A stretch of 64,000 nt of DNA from Candidatus Multivorans sp. (GCA_965247095.1 OZ251997.1:2176001-2240000); one strand, 5' to 3'; shown: positions 52,356 through 62,277, counted from the stretch's first letter. The notes: a model not told the origin generated them from the letters alone. Program-made: numbers and translations.

Positions 52356-53351
52356 TCAAGAGACGGCGTCCGCGCTCCGGCGCCGCCGCCAAACGTCGCT
52401 CGCCACCGCCAGCAGGATCGCGACGCCGGTGATGATCCGCTTGGTCGGCTCGGTGGCGCCGGCCTGGGCGAGCCCCGTCTGCAGCACGGCGATCACCAGC
52501 ACGCCGAGAAGCGTGCCCGTCACCGATCCCCGCCCGCCGAGAAGCGACGTGCCGCCGATGACCACCGCCGCGATCGCCGACAGCTCCATTCCGATGGCGG
52601 CGTTCGGATCCGCCGACTGCAGGTAGCCGACCTGGCAGAGGCCGGCGGCCGCCGCCAGCACCCCCCCGAGCGTGAACACCGCGAACTGCACCCGGGCGGG
52701 CCGAACCCCGCAGCGGTGGAGCGCCGAAAGGTTGCCGCCGACCGCAAAGACCCACCGCCCGAAGGAGGTGCGCGAGAGGACGAACTGCAGCGCTCCCACC
52801 AGGGCGAGCGAGCCGATGAAGGCAGCGGAGAGGCCGAGCACCGGCGTCGTCGCGCCGAGCGCCGAGACCCGGTCGCCCAGGTAGCTCGTCTTCGACGCGG
52901 TGACGAGGTAGGTCGAGCCGCGGGCGATCTCCAGCATGCCGAGGGTGACCAGGAAGGACGGAATCGACCAGCGCGCGACCAGGGCGCCGTTGATCGCGCC
53001 GCACAAGGCACCGACAGCGAGAGCAGCCAGCGCCGCCAGCACCAGGGGGAACCCCTGATCCACGGTCAGGACGCCCAGCACGGCCGCGGCCAGGGCCAGC
53101 ACCGACCCGACCGAGAGATCGATGCCGCCCGCGATCAGCACCAGCGTCAGGCCTGCCGACGCAACGACCAGGGGCGGCAACTGGTTCGCCAGGGTGCGGA
53201 ACGTCAGCGCGCTCCAGAAGTGGTCGGTGACCAGACCGAACGCGACGCAAAGGGCCAACAGGACGAGCACCAGTCCGCCCCTGTAACCCAGGACGAACCG
53301 CGGAAGAGCCAAACCGGATCCCGGCGCCGGCCCCCGGGAACCCGTCGTCAT
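52356..53351 (-). CDS. Sugar ABC transporter permease (RbsC-like)
   Basis: GGIDLSVGS, IPSFLVTLG and ELSAIAAVVIGGTSLLGGRG. Confidence 0.92.
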   Translation of the reverse strand: MTTGSRGPAPGSGLALPRFVLGYRGGLVLVLLALCVAFGLVTDHFWSALTFRTLANQLPPLVVASAGLTLVLIAGGIDLSVGSVLALAAAVLGVLTVDQGFPLVLAALAALAVGALCGAINGALVARWSIPSFLVTLGMLEIARGSTYLVTASKTSYLGDRVSALGATTPVLGLSAAFIGSLALVGALQFVLSRTSFGRWVFAVGGNLSALHRCGVRPARVQFAVFTLGGVLAAAAGLCQVGYLQSADPNAAIGMELSAIAAVVIGGTSLLGGRGSVTGTLLGVLVIAVLQTGLAQAGATEPTKRIITGVAILLAVASDVWRRRRSADAVS

Positions 53352-54301
53352 CAGCCGCCGGGCGCCGCGATCACGTCGACCGGGGTCTGACGGTCCTGGG
53401 CTTCCCCACCGCCCAGGATCTCGAGCGCCGCCTCGATCCCGAACACCGCGAGTTGATCGGCGTGCTGGTCGGCGGTGGCGAGGATCTCGCCCTGATCCAC
53501 GAGTTCCGCCACCGCGTCGATGTGGTCGAAACCGACGATCAGCACGTCGTCCCGGCCGCTCTGCCGGCGCGCCGCCAGCGCTCCGAGCGCCATCTGATCG
53601 TTCGCGCACAGGAGCGCCCGCAAATCGGGGTGCTCCCGCAGCATGGCGGCCGCGACGACGTTCGCCTGCGCCTGCTCCCAGCCGCCGCTCTGGACGTCGA
53701 CGATCTCGGCGCCGGCCGCGTTCATCGCCTCCTCGAAGCCGGCCTGGCGTTGCTGGGCGTTGAAGGCGGTGGGTATGCCGCCGATGATCGCCACCTGATC
53801 GCCCGGTTCGAGCCGCGCCGCCAGCACCTCGCCTACCCGGCGGGCGCCATCGCGGTTGTCGGGGCCCACGAAGGCCGCGTTGAGACCCACCCCGGCCGTC
53901 ACTTCCGCGTCCAGGCGGTTGTCGATGTTGACGACCACGACCCCACTCCCCTGGGCGCGTGCCAGAGCCGGCGCCAGGGCCTTCGAATCCGCCGGCGCAA
54001 TCACGATCGCATCGCTGCCGGAGGCCACCATCTGCTCGACCAGGGCGACCTGCTGGGCCAGGTCACTCTCGTTGCGGGTGCCGTTGACCACGAGGTCGTA
54101 GTCGCCGGCGTGGGCCTCGTGGTGCGCACGGGCGCCCTCGGCCATCGTCTCGAAGAACTCGTTGGCCAGGGACTTCATGACCAGGGCGATCTGGGGCCGC
54201 GCGACGTCTTCGACGCCGGGCCGGTCGCCGCCACAGCCGGCTACCAGCAGAGCGGCACTCAACAGGACCAAGAAGGTGTCACGGAGGTTCGCGTTTGCCA
54301 T
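53351..54301 (-). CDS. Sugar ABC transporter substrate-binding lipoprotein (RbsB-like)
   Basis: Lipobox VAGC, MKSLANEFF, IAPADS, VGPDN and CANDQMALG. Confidence 0.92.
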   Translation of the reverse strand: MANANLRDTFLVLLSAALLVAGCGGDRPGVEDVARPQIALVMKSLANEFFETMAEGARAHHEAHAGDYDLVVNGTRNESDLAQQVALVEQMVASGSDAIVIAPADSKALAPALARAQGSGVVVVNIDNRLDAEVTAGVGLNAAFVGPDNRDGARRVGEVLAARLEPGDQVAIIGGIPTAFNAQQRQAGFEEAMNAAGAEIVDVQSGGWEQAQANVVAAAMLREHPDLRALLCANDQMALGALAARRQSGRDDVLIVGFDHIDAVAELVDQGEILATADQHADQLAVFGIEAALEILGGGEAQDRQTPVDVIAAPGG

Positions 54302-54354
54302 GGCGCGCTACAGCGTACTGGAAGAAACTTCCCCGCCTACGGCGAAGGCCGGGA

Positions 54355-54400
54355 CTGGGTGCGCCAGCGTCCCCGCCGGCCTCCGGTAGTTCCGCCGCGC
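54355..54400 (+). repeat. REP-like dispersed repeat (family 2), longer copy
   Basis: CTGGGTGCGCCAGCGTCCCCGCCGGCCTCCGGTAGTTCCGCCGCGC; intergenic; similar to 42887-42920. Confidence 0.6.
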
Positions 54401-55614
54401 TAGCCGATCGCGAGCCCTACAGCGTCTCCAAACGCCCCCAGCGCACTCTCCGCCGCCGCACGATCCGCCGCCGGCGGCTGCGCCCCATCCGCCTCATAGC
54501 GCAGCGCCAGCACGTCGAGCCGCCCCTGCCGGCGGTGCGCCTTGAGGTCGTAGCGCGCCACCAGCCGGTCGCCCGCCAGCACCGGCAGGCAGTAGTAGCC
54601 GTAACGGCGCTTCGAAGCCGGCTTGAAGATCTCCAGGATCTGGTCGAAGCCGAACAGTTGCGCCACCCGCTTCCGGTCCCAGAGCACCGGGTCGAACGGC
54701 GACAGAAGGACGCCCCGGTCGGGCGACGGGCGCACCCGACGCAGGCGGGCAGCGAGTTCCAGGTCCGCCGCGCGCACCCACCCGGGCCGCCGCTTTCCGT
54801 CGGCGGCGATCAAGTCACACGGAACCGCCTCCCCCACCGACGCCAGGTCCTCCAGCGCGGCCCTGATTCCTGGCCGCACGTTCTTGAGACGCCACGTGTC
54901 GGCCAGGGTGCCGATCGTCGCCCAGCCGTGACCCTTGAGCGCACGCAGGATCAACGCCCGAAACGACTCCTCGAGGCTCCACTTCTGCCGGCGCCACTGT
55001 TCCGGGATCACCCGTTCGGGCAGGTCGAACGTGCGCTGGAAGTTCCGGCGCGACCGGATCGCCAGTTCGCCCGTCGACCAAAGCGAGTAGGCGACCCAAC
55101 GCTCCCGCTTCGACCGCCACATCTCGCCCATCATCGGCCCCCCGAGGTCGAGCGACCGCATCGGGCCCTCCGCCTCGACCCGGCGCAGGATCGCTTCCGC
55201 GACGTCCGGATGCTCACGTATCCCGCGATCCGCCCAGGTCTTTCCGCTCCGGTACTTCTCGCGCCGGAAACCGAACGCCGGGTACAGGTCGATCGGAATC
55301 CAGCTCGCCTCGTGGCCCCAGTACTCGAAGATCGGCGCGCCGGGTTGCAGGAGTTCCTCGGGCAGGTTCCGGTCGATTCCAGGCCAGCGGGACAGCGGCA
55401 CGAGTGCATGGGTCCTGGCCCCGGCAATCGAGATCGTGTCGAGTTGGAGGTAGCCGAAGCGCTCGATCAGGGCGAAGAGCGCGCGGCGGGCGCGCAGGCC
55501 GCGGCCGCCAGCCGATCGCGGCAGTCCCGTCCATTCGGGCTTGAGCAGCCCCGCCCGCGCCAGCGCCAGACGGCGGGCGTCGCGGACGGTGATCTCGAGA
55601 GCCGTAGCGGGCAC
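54400..55614 (-). CDS. YcaQ/AlkZ-family winged-helix DNA glycosylase (crosslink repair)
   Basis: LQLDTI (QxD motif), FEYWGHEAS, LLSPFDPVLWDRKR and KRRYGYY. Confidence 0.88.
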   Translation of the reverse strand: MPATALEITVRDARRLALARAGLLKPEWTGLPRSAGGRGLRARRALFALIERFGYLQLDTISIAGARTHALVPLSRWPGIDRNLPEELLQPGAPIFEYWGHEASWIPIDLYPAFGFRREKYRSGKTWADRGIREHPDVAEAILRRVEAEGPMRSLDLGGPMMGEMWRSKRERWVAYSLWSTGELAIRSRRNFQRTFDLPERVIPEQWRRQKWSLEESFRALILRALKGHGWATIGTLADTWRLKNVRPGIRAALEDLASVGEAVPCDLIAADGKRRPGWVRAADLELAARLRRVRPSPDRGVLLSPFDPVLWDRKRVAQLFGFDQILEIFKPASKRRYGYYCLPVLAGDRLVARYDLKAHRRQGRLDVLALRYEADGAQPPAADRAAAESALGAFGDAVGLAIG

Positions 55615-55632
55615 GCGTGGACTTGGGTCGGA

Positions 55633-56811
55633 CTACCGACCGGGGGTCGAGCCAGCCGCCAGGGCCTCCGCCAGGCGGCGACTGGCGACTTCGCCGTCCC
55701 CGAGTGAGCCGGCCCGCTCAGCGCGCTCGGCCACGCCCCGGTAGTAGTCGGCGTGGCGGGCCAGATCCTCACGGTTGACCAGCATTGGGTTGTCCTGCAG
55801 GCCGCGGAGCCAGGCGTGGTAGGCGAGGCCGGCCTTGTAGTGGCGGGTCGGCGGCTGGAAGATGAAGCGCGCGAGTTCCTCGGCGGGGGCCATCAGCTCG
55901 CGGTAGCGCTCGACATCGCCGTCGCCGAGCGCGCGAAGCGCCTTCGCCGCCGGCGCGGCGACCGCGTCGAAGGCGCCGAGCAGGGCGTGGCTGAAATCGC
56001 CCACGGCCACCCTGCGGCCATTCAGGTCGAACGACCCGTGGATCCTGGATGCCCCGGACTGCCCTTCCCCTTCCAGCAACTGAGCCCCTTCGAGAAGCCG
56101 GGCGAAGTGATGGTCGTCTCCTGTCAGCACGATCTGGCCCCGCACGGCGATCCGCCGGCGGAGCCGCACCTCGAACTCTTCGTCCAGCAGCGAGAGCTTG
56201 ACTCCGCGCACCTTCTCCGGTTGCCGGGCGAGGATGCGCTCCAGGCTGTTGCCCGGGAAGTAGCCGCGCATCGCCGGGTGGAACATCTCGCCCAGCCAGT
56301 GCAGGAACAGCGGCCCCTCGAGTTGATCGATGATCGCGCCGTACACATCCACGTACTCCCTCTCGGAGGCGCCCCTCGCCGCGAGCTGCTCCATCGGCAA
56401 CACAACGGGCACGCCGCCCAGCCCGTCGATGAACTCTGCCTGTTCCACCACCGCGTCGATCAGTTCGGACGTGCTCGCAATCGCATCGACCTGATCGCTG
56501 CCGGCGCCCGCGACGAAGCCGTTTCGCAGTTCGAGGGAGGCGCAGAGTTCGATCAACCGTCGAGCGCTCGGCCAACCGATCTCGAACCGCTGGGCCGTAT
56601 CCATCGCCTCGGCGACGCCGAAACCGAGCGAGTCCACCCAGCGGCGGAGGCCAGCCGTGGCCTCCCAGTCGATCCACTCCTCGATCTCTTCCGGCGCGCC
56701 CGGACGGTCGACCGAGTGCCCGGCCTCCGCGTAGTCGTGCCGAACGACGACATGGAGCGCGGCGTAGCAGAGCCGCGGCAACGACGGATCGGTATGCGAG
56801 GCGGCGCTCAC
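55633..56811 (-). CDS. DUF993-family (DHDPS-like TIM barrel) protein
   Basis: YAALHVV, GVAEAMDTAQR, GAGSDQ, LHWLGEMF, KLSLLD, TGDD and SHALLG. GTG 56811 coupled (GTGA). Confidence 0.82.
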   Translation of the reverse strand: MSAASHTDPSLPRLCYAALHVVVRHDYAEAGHSVDRPGAPEEIEEWIDWEATAGLRRWVDSLGFGVAEAMDTAQRFEIGWPSARRLIELCASLELRNGFVAGAGSDQVDAIASTSELIDAVVEQAEFIDGLGGVPVVLPMEQLAARGASEREYVDVYGAIIDQLEGPLFLHWLGEMFHPAMRGYFPGNSLERILARQPEKVRGVKLSLLDEEFEVRLRRRIAVRGQIVLTGDDHHFARLLEGAQLLEGEGQSGASRIHGSFDLNGRRVAVGDFSHALLGAFDAVAAPAAKALRALGDGDVERYRELMAPAEELARFIFQPPTRHYKAGLAYHAWLRGLQDNPMLVNREDLARHADYYRGVAERAERAGSLGDGEVASRRLAEALAAGSTPGR

Positions 56812-58301
56812 GAGGCCGCCGCCTCGCGCTTGATTTCCTTGATCCGGGCAAACTCGGGGCTCTGCCGGTAGTGCTCGTCCAGCGGGTAGCAGCCGCTGAC
56901 CATGTTGTTGCGCGGCCCCGTCGTGCAGTCGCTGAACGTCCGGCAGATACGCCGGCGCTCGAGCGGTCGTCCCGCCAGCACGTCCGCCGGCAGCCCGGGG
57001 TAGGCCAGGACCATCCGGCCCAGGCCCACGAAGTCGACGTGGCCGGCGCCGACCTCGGCCTCGGCGACATGGGGCAACCAGTCCTGCAGGTAGCTGTAGC
57101 CGGTCCCCACAAGGGGCAGTCGCGGGAACGCGGCGCGCACCGTGCGCACCGCGGCGAGCTGACGGAGCACCGAACGGAGCGGATCCTCGGGTGGCTGATA
57201 GCCGTCGGACGCCGGGTACGCGGCCGGCCGCGACAGGTGCGGACAACTGTAGGGCGAACCCATCGTCACGTTGACGATCTCGACTCCGGCCTCGACCAGG
57301 AGCCCGATGTAGCTGATCGCCTCGGCGCAGGTCGGTTCGGGCAGGGCGCAGTTCGAGGGATGGACGCCGAAGGCGAGACCGGCGGGGCCCGGACCTGACG
57401 CATCGCTGTCGGCGAAGGCGCCCACATCGGGCATGCCCACACCGGCGCCGTCGGCCGCGAACGGCGCCACATCGCCGACCGACAACCGCACCCCGATGCC
57501 GAGACCCGGACACGCGGAGCGCACCGCCGCGATGATCTCGAGCGACAGCCGCACCCGGTTCTCGAACGAGCCGCCGTACGGCCCCGGCCGGGTACGCGCG
57601 CCGAGCAGCTCGTGCAGCAGGTAGCCGTGGCAGCACTTGATATCGACGAATTCGTAGCCGGCACGCTCGGCACAGCGCGCGGCGCGGACGTAGGCGCCGA
57701 CGATTGCCTCCAACTGCTGGTCGCTGACCAGGGGCCGCTCGGCGGCCTTGCCGAGCCGACCGTCGAGCACCGGATGGACCTGCGCCCGCAACGGTCGCGG
57801 CGGCGCCGGCGGCGGATCGGGCCGCGACAGCCGGCCCGAGTGCGTCAACTGCAGGCCGATGACCGGTCGGTTTCCCCCGACCCCGCTGTCAGCGTGGCCG
57901 GCGAGGATCTCGCGACGCAGCTTCTCCATCCAGGCCGTGCACTCGTCCCGGCGCTCTGCGTCCACGCAGAGCTGATTCGGGTTCGCGCGACCCTCGGGGA
58001 CGACGGCAACCGCCTCCCCGCCCCAGACCAGCTTCGCGCCGCTCAGGCCGAAGCGTCGCCAGCGCCGACGCGTCAGGCCGCTGGGACTGCCGTCCCGATT
58101 CCCGTCCCAACCCTCCATCGGATGGACCGCGAATCGGTTGCCCGCTTCGCGGCCGAAGATCGTCAACGGTCGCGCCAACGGTCCTTCCGGTCCGAGCAAC
58201 TCCTCGCAGCAGTCGAAGGCCGGATCCAGGCTCCGCAAATGCTCCCGGAAGGCCGCAGCGGTCCTATGGTGGCCCGGAGGCGTGTAGCGCCGGCTCAACA
58301 A
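56808..58301 (-). CDS. NADH:flavin oxidoreductase (old yellow enzyme family)
   Basis: HPMEGWD, LQLTHSGR, DIKCCHGYLLHELL, YGGSFENR and C-terminal CRTFSDC...GC. Confidence 0.88.
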   Translation of the reverse strand: MLSRRYTPPGHHRTAAAFREHLRSLDPAFDCCEELLGPEGPLARPLTIFGREAGNRFAVHPMEGWDGNRDGSPSGLTRRRWRRFGLSGAKLVWGGEAVAVVPEGRANPNQLCVDAERRDECTAWMEKLRREILAGHADSGVGGNRPVIGLQLTHSGRLSRPDPPPAPPRPLRAQVHPVLDGRLGKAAERPLVSDQQLEAIVGAYVRAARCAERAGYEFVDIKCCHGYLLHELLGARTRPGPYGGSFENRVRLSLEIIAAVRSACPGLGIGVRLSVGDVAPFAADGAGVGMPDVGAFADSDASGPGPAGLAFGVHPSNCALPEPTCAEAISYIGLLVEAGVEIVNVTMGSPYSCPHLSRPAAYPASDGYQPPEDPLRSVLRQLAAVRTVRAAFPRLPLVGTGYSYLQDWLPHVAEAEVGAGHVDFVGLGRMVLAYPGLPADVLAGRPLERRRICRTFSDCTTGPRNNMVSGCYPLDEHYRQSPEFARIKEIKREAAAS

Positions 58302-58402
58302 GAGGACCCGAGCGAGAAAGGACCCCGCCCGACCCGTCCGCCGGAGGACTCAGGTGGACGGCGAGCGACAATCTGGTACCAGACCGCGGTATCATTTCGC
58401 CG

Positions 58403-58657
58403 GTGCGGAGGAAGCATCGTCGAACTCTGGAGGCAATCTCAAACGTCCAAGCGGATCTTGACTGGAACGATATCGAAGGGCTGTTTGTGGAACTGGGAGC
58501 CGAGATCAGAGAACGGGCAGGTTCCCGGGTGCGCTACCGGTTTCCCGACGGCACCCGCGCAGTCTTCCACAGGCCCCACCCTTCGAATCGGACCGGGCGG
58601 GCGACGGTTCGGGCGATTCGGGACCTGCTGAAGCGGATGGGAGTACGGCAGCCATGA
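58403..58657 (+). CDS. hicA: HicA-family toxin
   Basis: LDWNDIEGLF..LGA..RERAGSRV and FHRPHP motif. Confidence 0.85.
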   Translation: MRRKHRRTLEAISNVQADLDWNDIEGLFVELGAEIRERAGSRVRYRFPDGTRAVFHRPHPSNRTGRATVRAIRDLLKRMGVRQP

Positions 58658-58986
58658 TGGAGTACAAGGGCTACTTGGGGAAAGTCGAGGTCGAAGACGA
58701 CGAGTTCTACGGCGTCGTCGTCAATCTCCACCGCGACCACGTGGACTTCCGCGGCCGATCGATCGACGAAGTCCGAGAGGCCTTTCACGACTCAGTCGAC
58801 TTCTATCTGAATGGCTGCGAGGAAGACGGCGAGGAACCAGAGAGGCCGTTCTCGGGCCGGTTCGTCGTGCGCCTCCCTCCCTCAACGCACCGCCGGGCGA
58901 GCACTCTCTCCCGAGTAGAGAACCGGAGCTTGAACGCGGTGGTCACGGAAGCAATCGAGGCCTACTTGGCCGACCGCGGCCTATAG
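58654..58986 (+). CDS. hicB: HicB-family antitoxin
   Basis: MEYKGY, AFHDSVDFYL, PFSGRFVVRL and SLN RHH tail. ATGA coupling. Confidence 0.9.
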   Translation: MMEYKGYLGKVEVEDDEFYGVVVNLHRDHVDFRGRSIDEVREAFHDSVDFYLNGCEEDGEEPERPFSGRFVVRLPPSTHRRASTLSRVENRSLNAVVTEAIEAYLADRGL

Positions 58987-58995
58987 CCCAGCGAC

Positions 58996-60546
58996 CTACA
59001 GTCCGCCTCGGGCACCCTCCGGCGGCCGCCAGGGCTCCGGTCCGTCCGGCAGCGCGCTCAGGAACTCCGCGCCGACCTCCCCGTACCAGGCGTGGAGCCT
59101 CTCCCGCATCGCCGCGACGCGCTCGGGTTGCTCGGCCGCCAGGTCGTTCCGCTCGCCCACATCGGCTTCCAGGTCGTACAGGTGGACCTGGCCGTCCTCG
59201 TAGCGTTCGATCAGCTTGTAGCGGCCGCGTGCGATCGCGCCGCCCGGGAAGCCGCCCTGGTGGCCGTAGTGGGGGTAGTGCCAGAACAGGTCTCGTTCCC
59301 CGGCCGAAGCGGTCGCCGTTTCGGCGACCTCGCCGCCGCGCAGCACGTCGAGGAAGCTCACGCCGTCGATCTCGACCTCGGGAGACGGGTCGATCCCTGC
59401 AGCTTCGAGCAGGGTCGGATAGAAGTCCGTGCTGATGACAGGCGCCTCTGTCACGCCGCCCGCCGGCGCCACGGCCGGCCACCGGACGATCATCGGCTCA
59501 CGGATGCCGCCCTCGTACAGCCAGCCCTTGCCGCCCCGGAGCGGCAGGTTCGAGGTCGGGAACATCTCGGACGTAGACAGGCCGCCGTTGTCCGAGAAGA
59601 AGACGACGATCGTGTTCTCGGCCAGGGCCAGAGCGTCGAGGCGGTCGAGGATGCGACCGACGCTCGTATCCAGGCTCTCCACCATCGCCGCGTAGACGGG
59701 GTGGTTCTGGACCTCGCGAACACGGCGCGGCTCGTCGCGAGGCCAGATCTGCTCCTCGAACCCCAGGTCGTCGGGATCGGCCGGCGCCCCCGGTTCGACA
59801 CCGGCCTTCGCCGCGTACTTCGCGATCAGGTCGGCCGGAACCTGCAGCGGCGTGTGGACGGTGTAGTACGAGAGGTAGAGCAGGAAGGGCCTGCCTTCCT
59901 CGTCCGCCGCGTAGCCATCGAACAGGTCCAGCGCCTCGTCGGTCAGCCGTTCGGTGAGGTACTCGCCCTCGGGCCCGTCCTCGAGCCTCGGGTTCGAGTA
60001 GGGCGAGAAGTAGCTACTGGGCCTCCCCCGAACGTAGCCGCCGACGTTCACGTCGAAACCCTGTGCCTCCGGCCAGAACTCCTCCGTCGGCCCCAGGTGC
60101 CACTTGCCGAGGAAGGCCGTGTTGTAGTCGCCGTCCCGCAAGGCCTCGGCAAGCGTGTACTCCTCGACCGGCATCCAGTCGTTCAGCGGCGCCGGCGCGA
60201 AGTTCTCCACGCGGCGGCCGGGGAACCAGTTCGTAGCTCCCACCCGGGTCGGGTAGCGACCCGTCATGATGCTGAACCGCGTGGGACTGCACACCGGGTT
60301 CGCGGCGTAGCCGCGGTTGAAGCGCACGCCGCCGGCCGCCAACCGGTCGATGTTCGGGGTCTCGTAGAACGTGTCGGGATTGAAGGCGCCGACGTCCATG
60401 ACCCCGAGATCGTCGACCAGGAGGAAGACGATGTTCGGCGGTTCCGCGGGCAGTTCTCCGGATCCGCCGTCGTCGACCGGACCCGTGCAGGCAAAGGCCA
60501 CCATCGTCGACGCCGCCAGACTCCAGACCCTGCCACTGGTGCTCAT
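58996..60546 (-). CDS. Cys-type sulfatase lipoprotein, paralog 2
   Basis: PNIVFLLVDDLG, CSPTR, GKWHLG and SDNGG; lipobox AFAC. Confidence 0.94.
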   Translation of the reverse strand: MSTSGRVWSLAASTMVAFACTGPVDDGGSGELPAEPPNIVFLLVDDLGVMDVGAFNPDTFYETPNIDRLAAGGVRFNRGYAANPVCSPTRFSIMTGRYPTRVGATNWFPGRRVENFAPAPLNDWMPVEEYTLAEALRDGDYNTAFLGKWHLGPTEEFWPEAQGFDVNVGGYVRGRPSSYFSPYSNPRLEDGPEGEYLTERLTDEALDLFDGYAADEEGRPFLLYLSYYTVHTPLQVPADLIAKYAAKAGVEPGAPADPDDLGFEEQIWPRDEPRRVREVQNHPVYAAMVESLDTSVGRILDRLDALALAENTIVVFFSDNGGLSTSEMFPTSNLPLRGGKGWLYEGGIREPMIVRWPAVAPAGGVTEAPVISTDFYPTLLEAAGIDPSPEVEIDGVSFLDVLRGGEVAETATASAGERDLFWHYPHYGHQGGFPGGAIARGRYKLIERYEDGQVHLYDLEADVGERNDLAAEQPERVAAMRERLHAWYGEVGAEFLSALPDGPEPWRPPEGARGGL

Positions 60547-60591
60547 CGGTCAAAGCCTACCGCCAGCATCGAACCGGGGCCGTGCCAGCAG

Positions 60592-62133
60592 CTACGGGCC
60601 GCTCGGCGATCGCACCGGTAGCTGCCAGGGTTCCGCGCCGTCCGGCAGGGCACTCAGGAACTCGGCGCCGACTTCGCCGTACCAGGCGTGGAGCCGCGCC
60701 CGCATCGCCGCGACACGCTCGGGTTGCTCGGCCGCCAGGTCGTTCCGCTCGCCTTCATCGGCTTCCAGGTCGTACAGGTGGACCCGGCCGTCTTCGTAGC
60801 GTTCGATCAGCTTGTAGGGACCCCGCGAGATCGCGCCGCCCGGGAAGCCGCCCTGGTTGCCGTAGTGGGGGTAGTGCCAGAACAGGTCGCGCTCGGCGGC
60901 CTCGGCGGACGCGGATTCGCCCGCCTCGCCGCCGTGGAGCAGGTCGAGGAAGCTGCGACCGTCCAGTTCAAGGTCGGGCCGCGGGTCGATCCCTGCAGCT
61001 TCGAGCAGCGTCGGGTAGAAGTCGGTGCTGATGACCGGCGCGTTGACCTCGCGGCCCGGCGCCGCCAAAGCGGGCCAGCGAACGATCAGCGGCGCCCGGA
61101 TGCCGCCCTCGTAGAGCCAGCCCTTGCCGCCCCGCAGCGGCAGGTTCGACGTCGGCGCCCCTTCCGCCGTTGACAGGCCGCCGTTGTCGGAGAAGAAGAA
61201 GACGATCGTGTTGTCGGCCAGGTCCAGGGCGTCCAACCGTTCGAGGATGCGGCCGACGCTGGTATCCAGGGTCTCGACCATCGCCGCGTAGACGGCGTGG
61301 TTCTGTACCTCGCGCACCCGCCGCGGTTCGTCCCGCGGCCAGACTTGCTCCTCGTCGCCGAAGTCCGCCGGCCTGGCCGGCGCACCCACCTCGACCCCGG
61401 CCTTCGCGGCGTACTTCGCGACCAACTCCGCCGGCGCCTGCAGCGGGGTGTGGACCGTGTAGTACGCGAGGTAGAGCAGGAAGGGCCTGCCCTCGTCGTC
61501 GGTCGCGTAGCCGTAGATCAGGTTCAGGGCCTCGTCGGTCAGGCGCCCGGTGAGATGTTCGTCCTCAGGGCCGTCCTCCAGGGTCGGGTTCGAGTAGGGC
61601 GAGAAGTAACTCCGGGGCATACCGCCGCGGTGGCCGCCGACGTTCACCTCGAAACCCTGCGCCAGCGGCCAGAACTCCTCCGTCGGCCCCAGGTGCCACT
61701 TGCCCAGGAACGCTGTGCTGTAGCCGCCGTCGCGAAGCGCCTCGGCGAGGGTGTACTCCTCGATCGCCATCCGGTCATTGAGCGGCGCCGGCGCGAACGA
61801 CTCCTGGCGGCGGCCGCTGAAGTAGTTCGTGGCGCCCACCCGGGTCGGGTAGCGGCCGGTCATGATGCTGAACCGGGTCGGACTGCACACCGGGTTCGCG
61901 GCGTAGCCGCGCGTGAAGCGGACGCCGCCGGCAGCCAGCCGGTCGATGTTCGGCGTCTCGTAGAAGGTGTCCGGGTTGAAGGCGCCGATGTCCATCGCGC
62001 CCAGGTCGTCGACCAGCAGGAAGACGATGTTCGGCGGCTGGGCGGGTGGGCCGTCGGGCTCACCGCCGGCGCCCCCACAAGCGGTGAGGAGCACCAGAAG
62101 GGCCAGTACCACTGCCTTGGCGGCGCAATTCAT
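60592..62133 (-). CDS. Cys-type sulfatase lipoprotein, paralog 1
   Basis: Same motifs; lipobox LTAC. Confidence 0.94.
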   Translation of the reverse strand: MNCAAKAVVLALLVLLTACGGAGGEPDGPPAQPPNIVFLLVDDLGAMDIGAFNPDTFYETPNIDRLAAGGVRFTRGYAANPVCSPTRFSIMTGRYPTRVGATNYFSGRRQESFAPAPLNDRMAIEEYTLAEALRDGGYSTAFLGKWHLGPTEEFWPLAQGFEVNVGGHRGGMPRSYFSPYSNPTLEDGPEDEHLTGRLTDEALNLIYGYATDDEGRPFLLYLAYYTVHTPLQAPAELVAKYAAKAGVEVGAPARPADFGDEEQVWPRDEPRRVREVQNHAVYAAMVETLDTSVGRILERLDALDLADNTIVFFFSDNGGLSTAEGAPTSNLPLRGGKGWLYEGGIRAPLIVRWPALAAPGREVNAPVISTDFYPTLLEAAGIDPRPDLELDGRSFLDLLHGGEAGESASAEAAERDLFWHYPHYGNQGGFPGGAISRGPYKLIERYEDGRVHLYDLEADEGERNDLAAEQPERVAAMRARLHAWYGEVGAEFLSALPDGAEPWQLPVRSPSGP

Positions 62134-62277
62134 CAAAGTGAAGCCTAGCCTGCACGCGACACCCCAGGTCGGCGCCTGGGGCGGCGTCTCGCCCGCATCC
62201 GGCGCGAAGAGCCGGTCCGGCTGGGGCTACAATCGGGGACCGCCTCAGGGCGAGCTTCCGACTCGGGGAGAGAAGTC

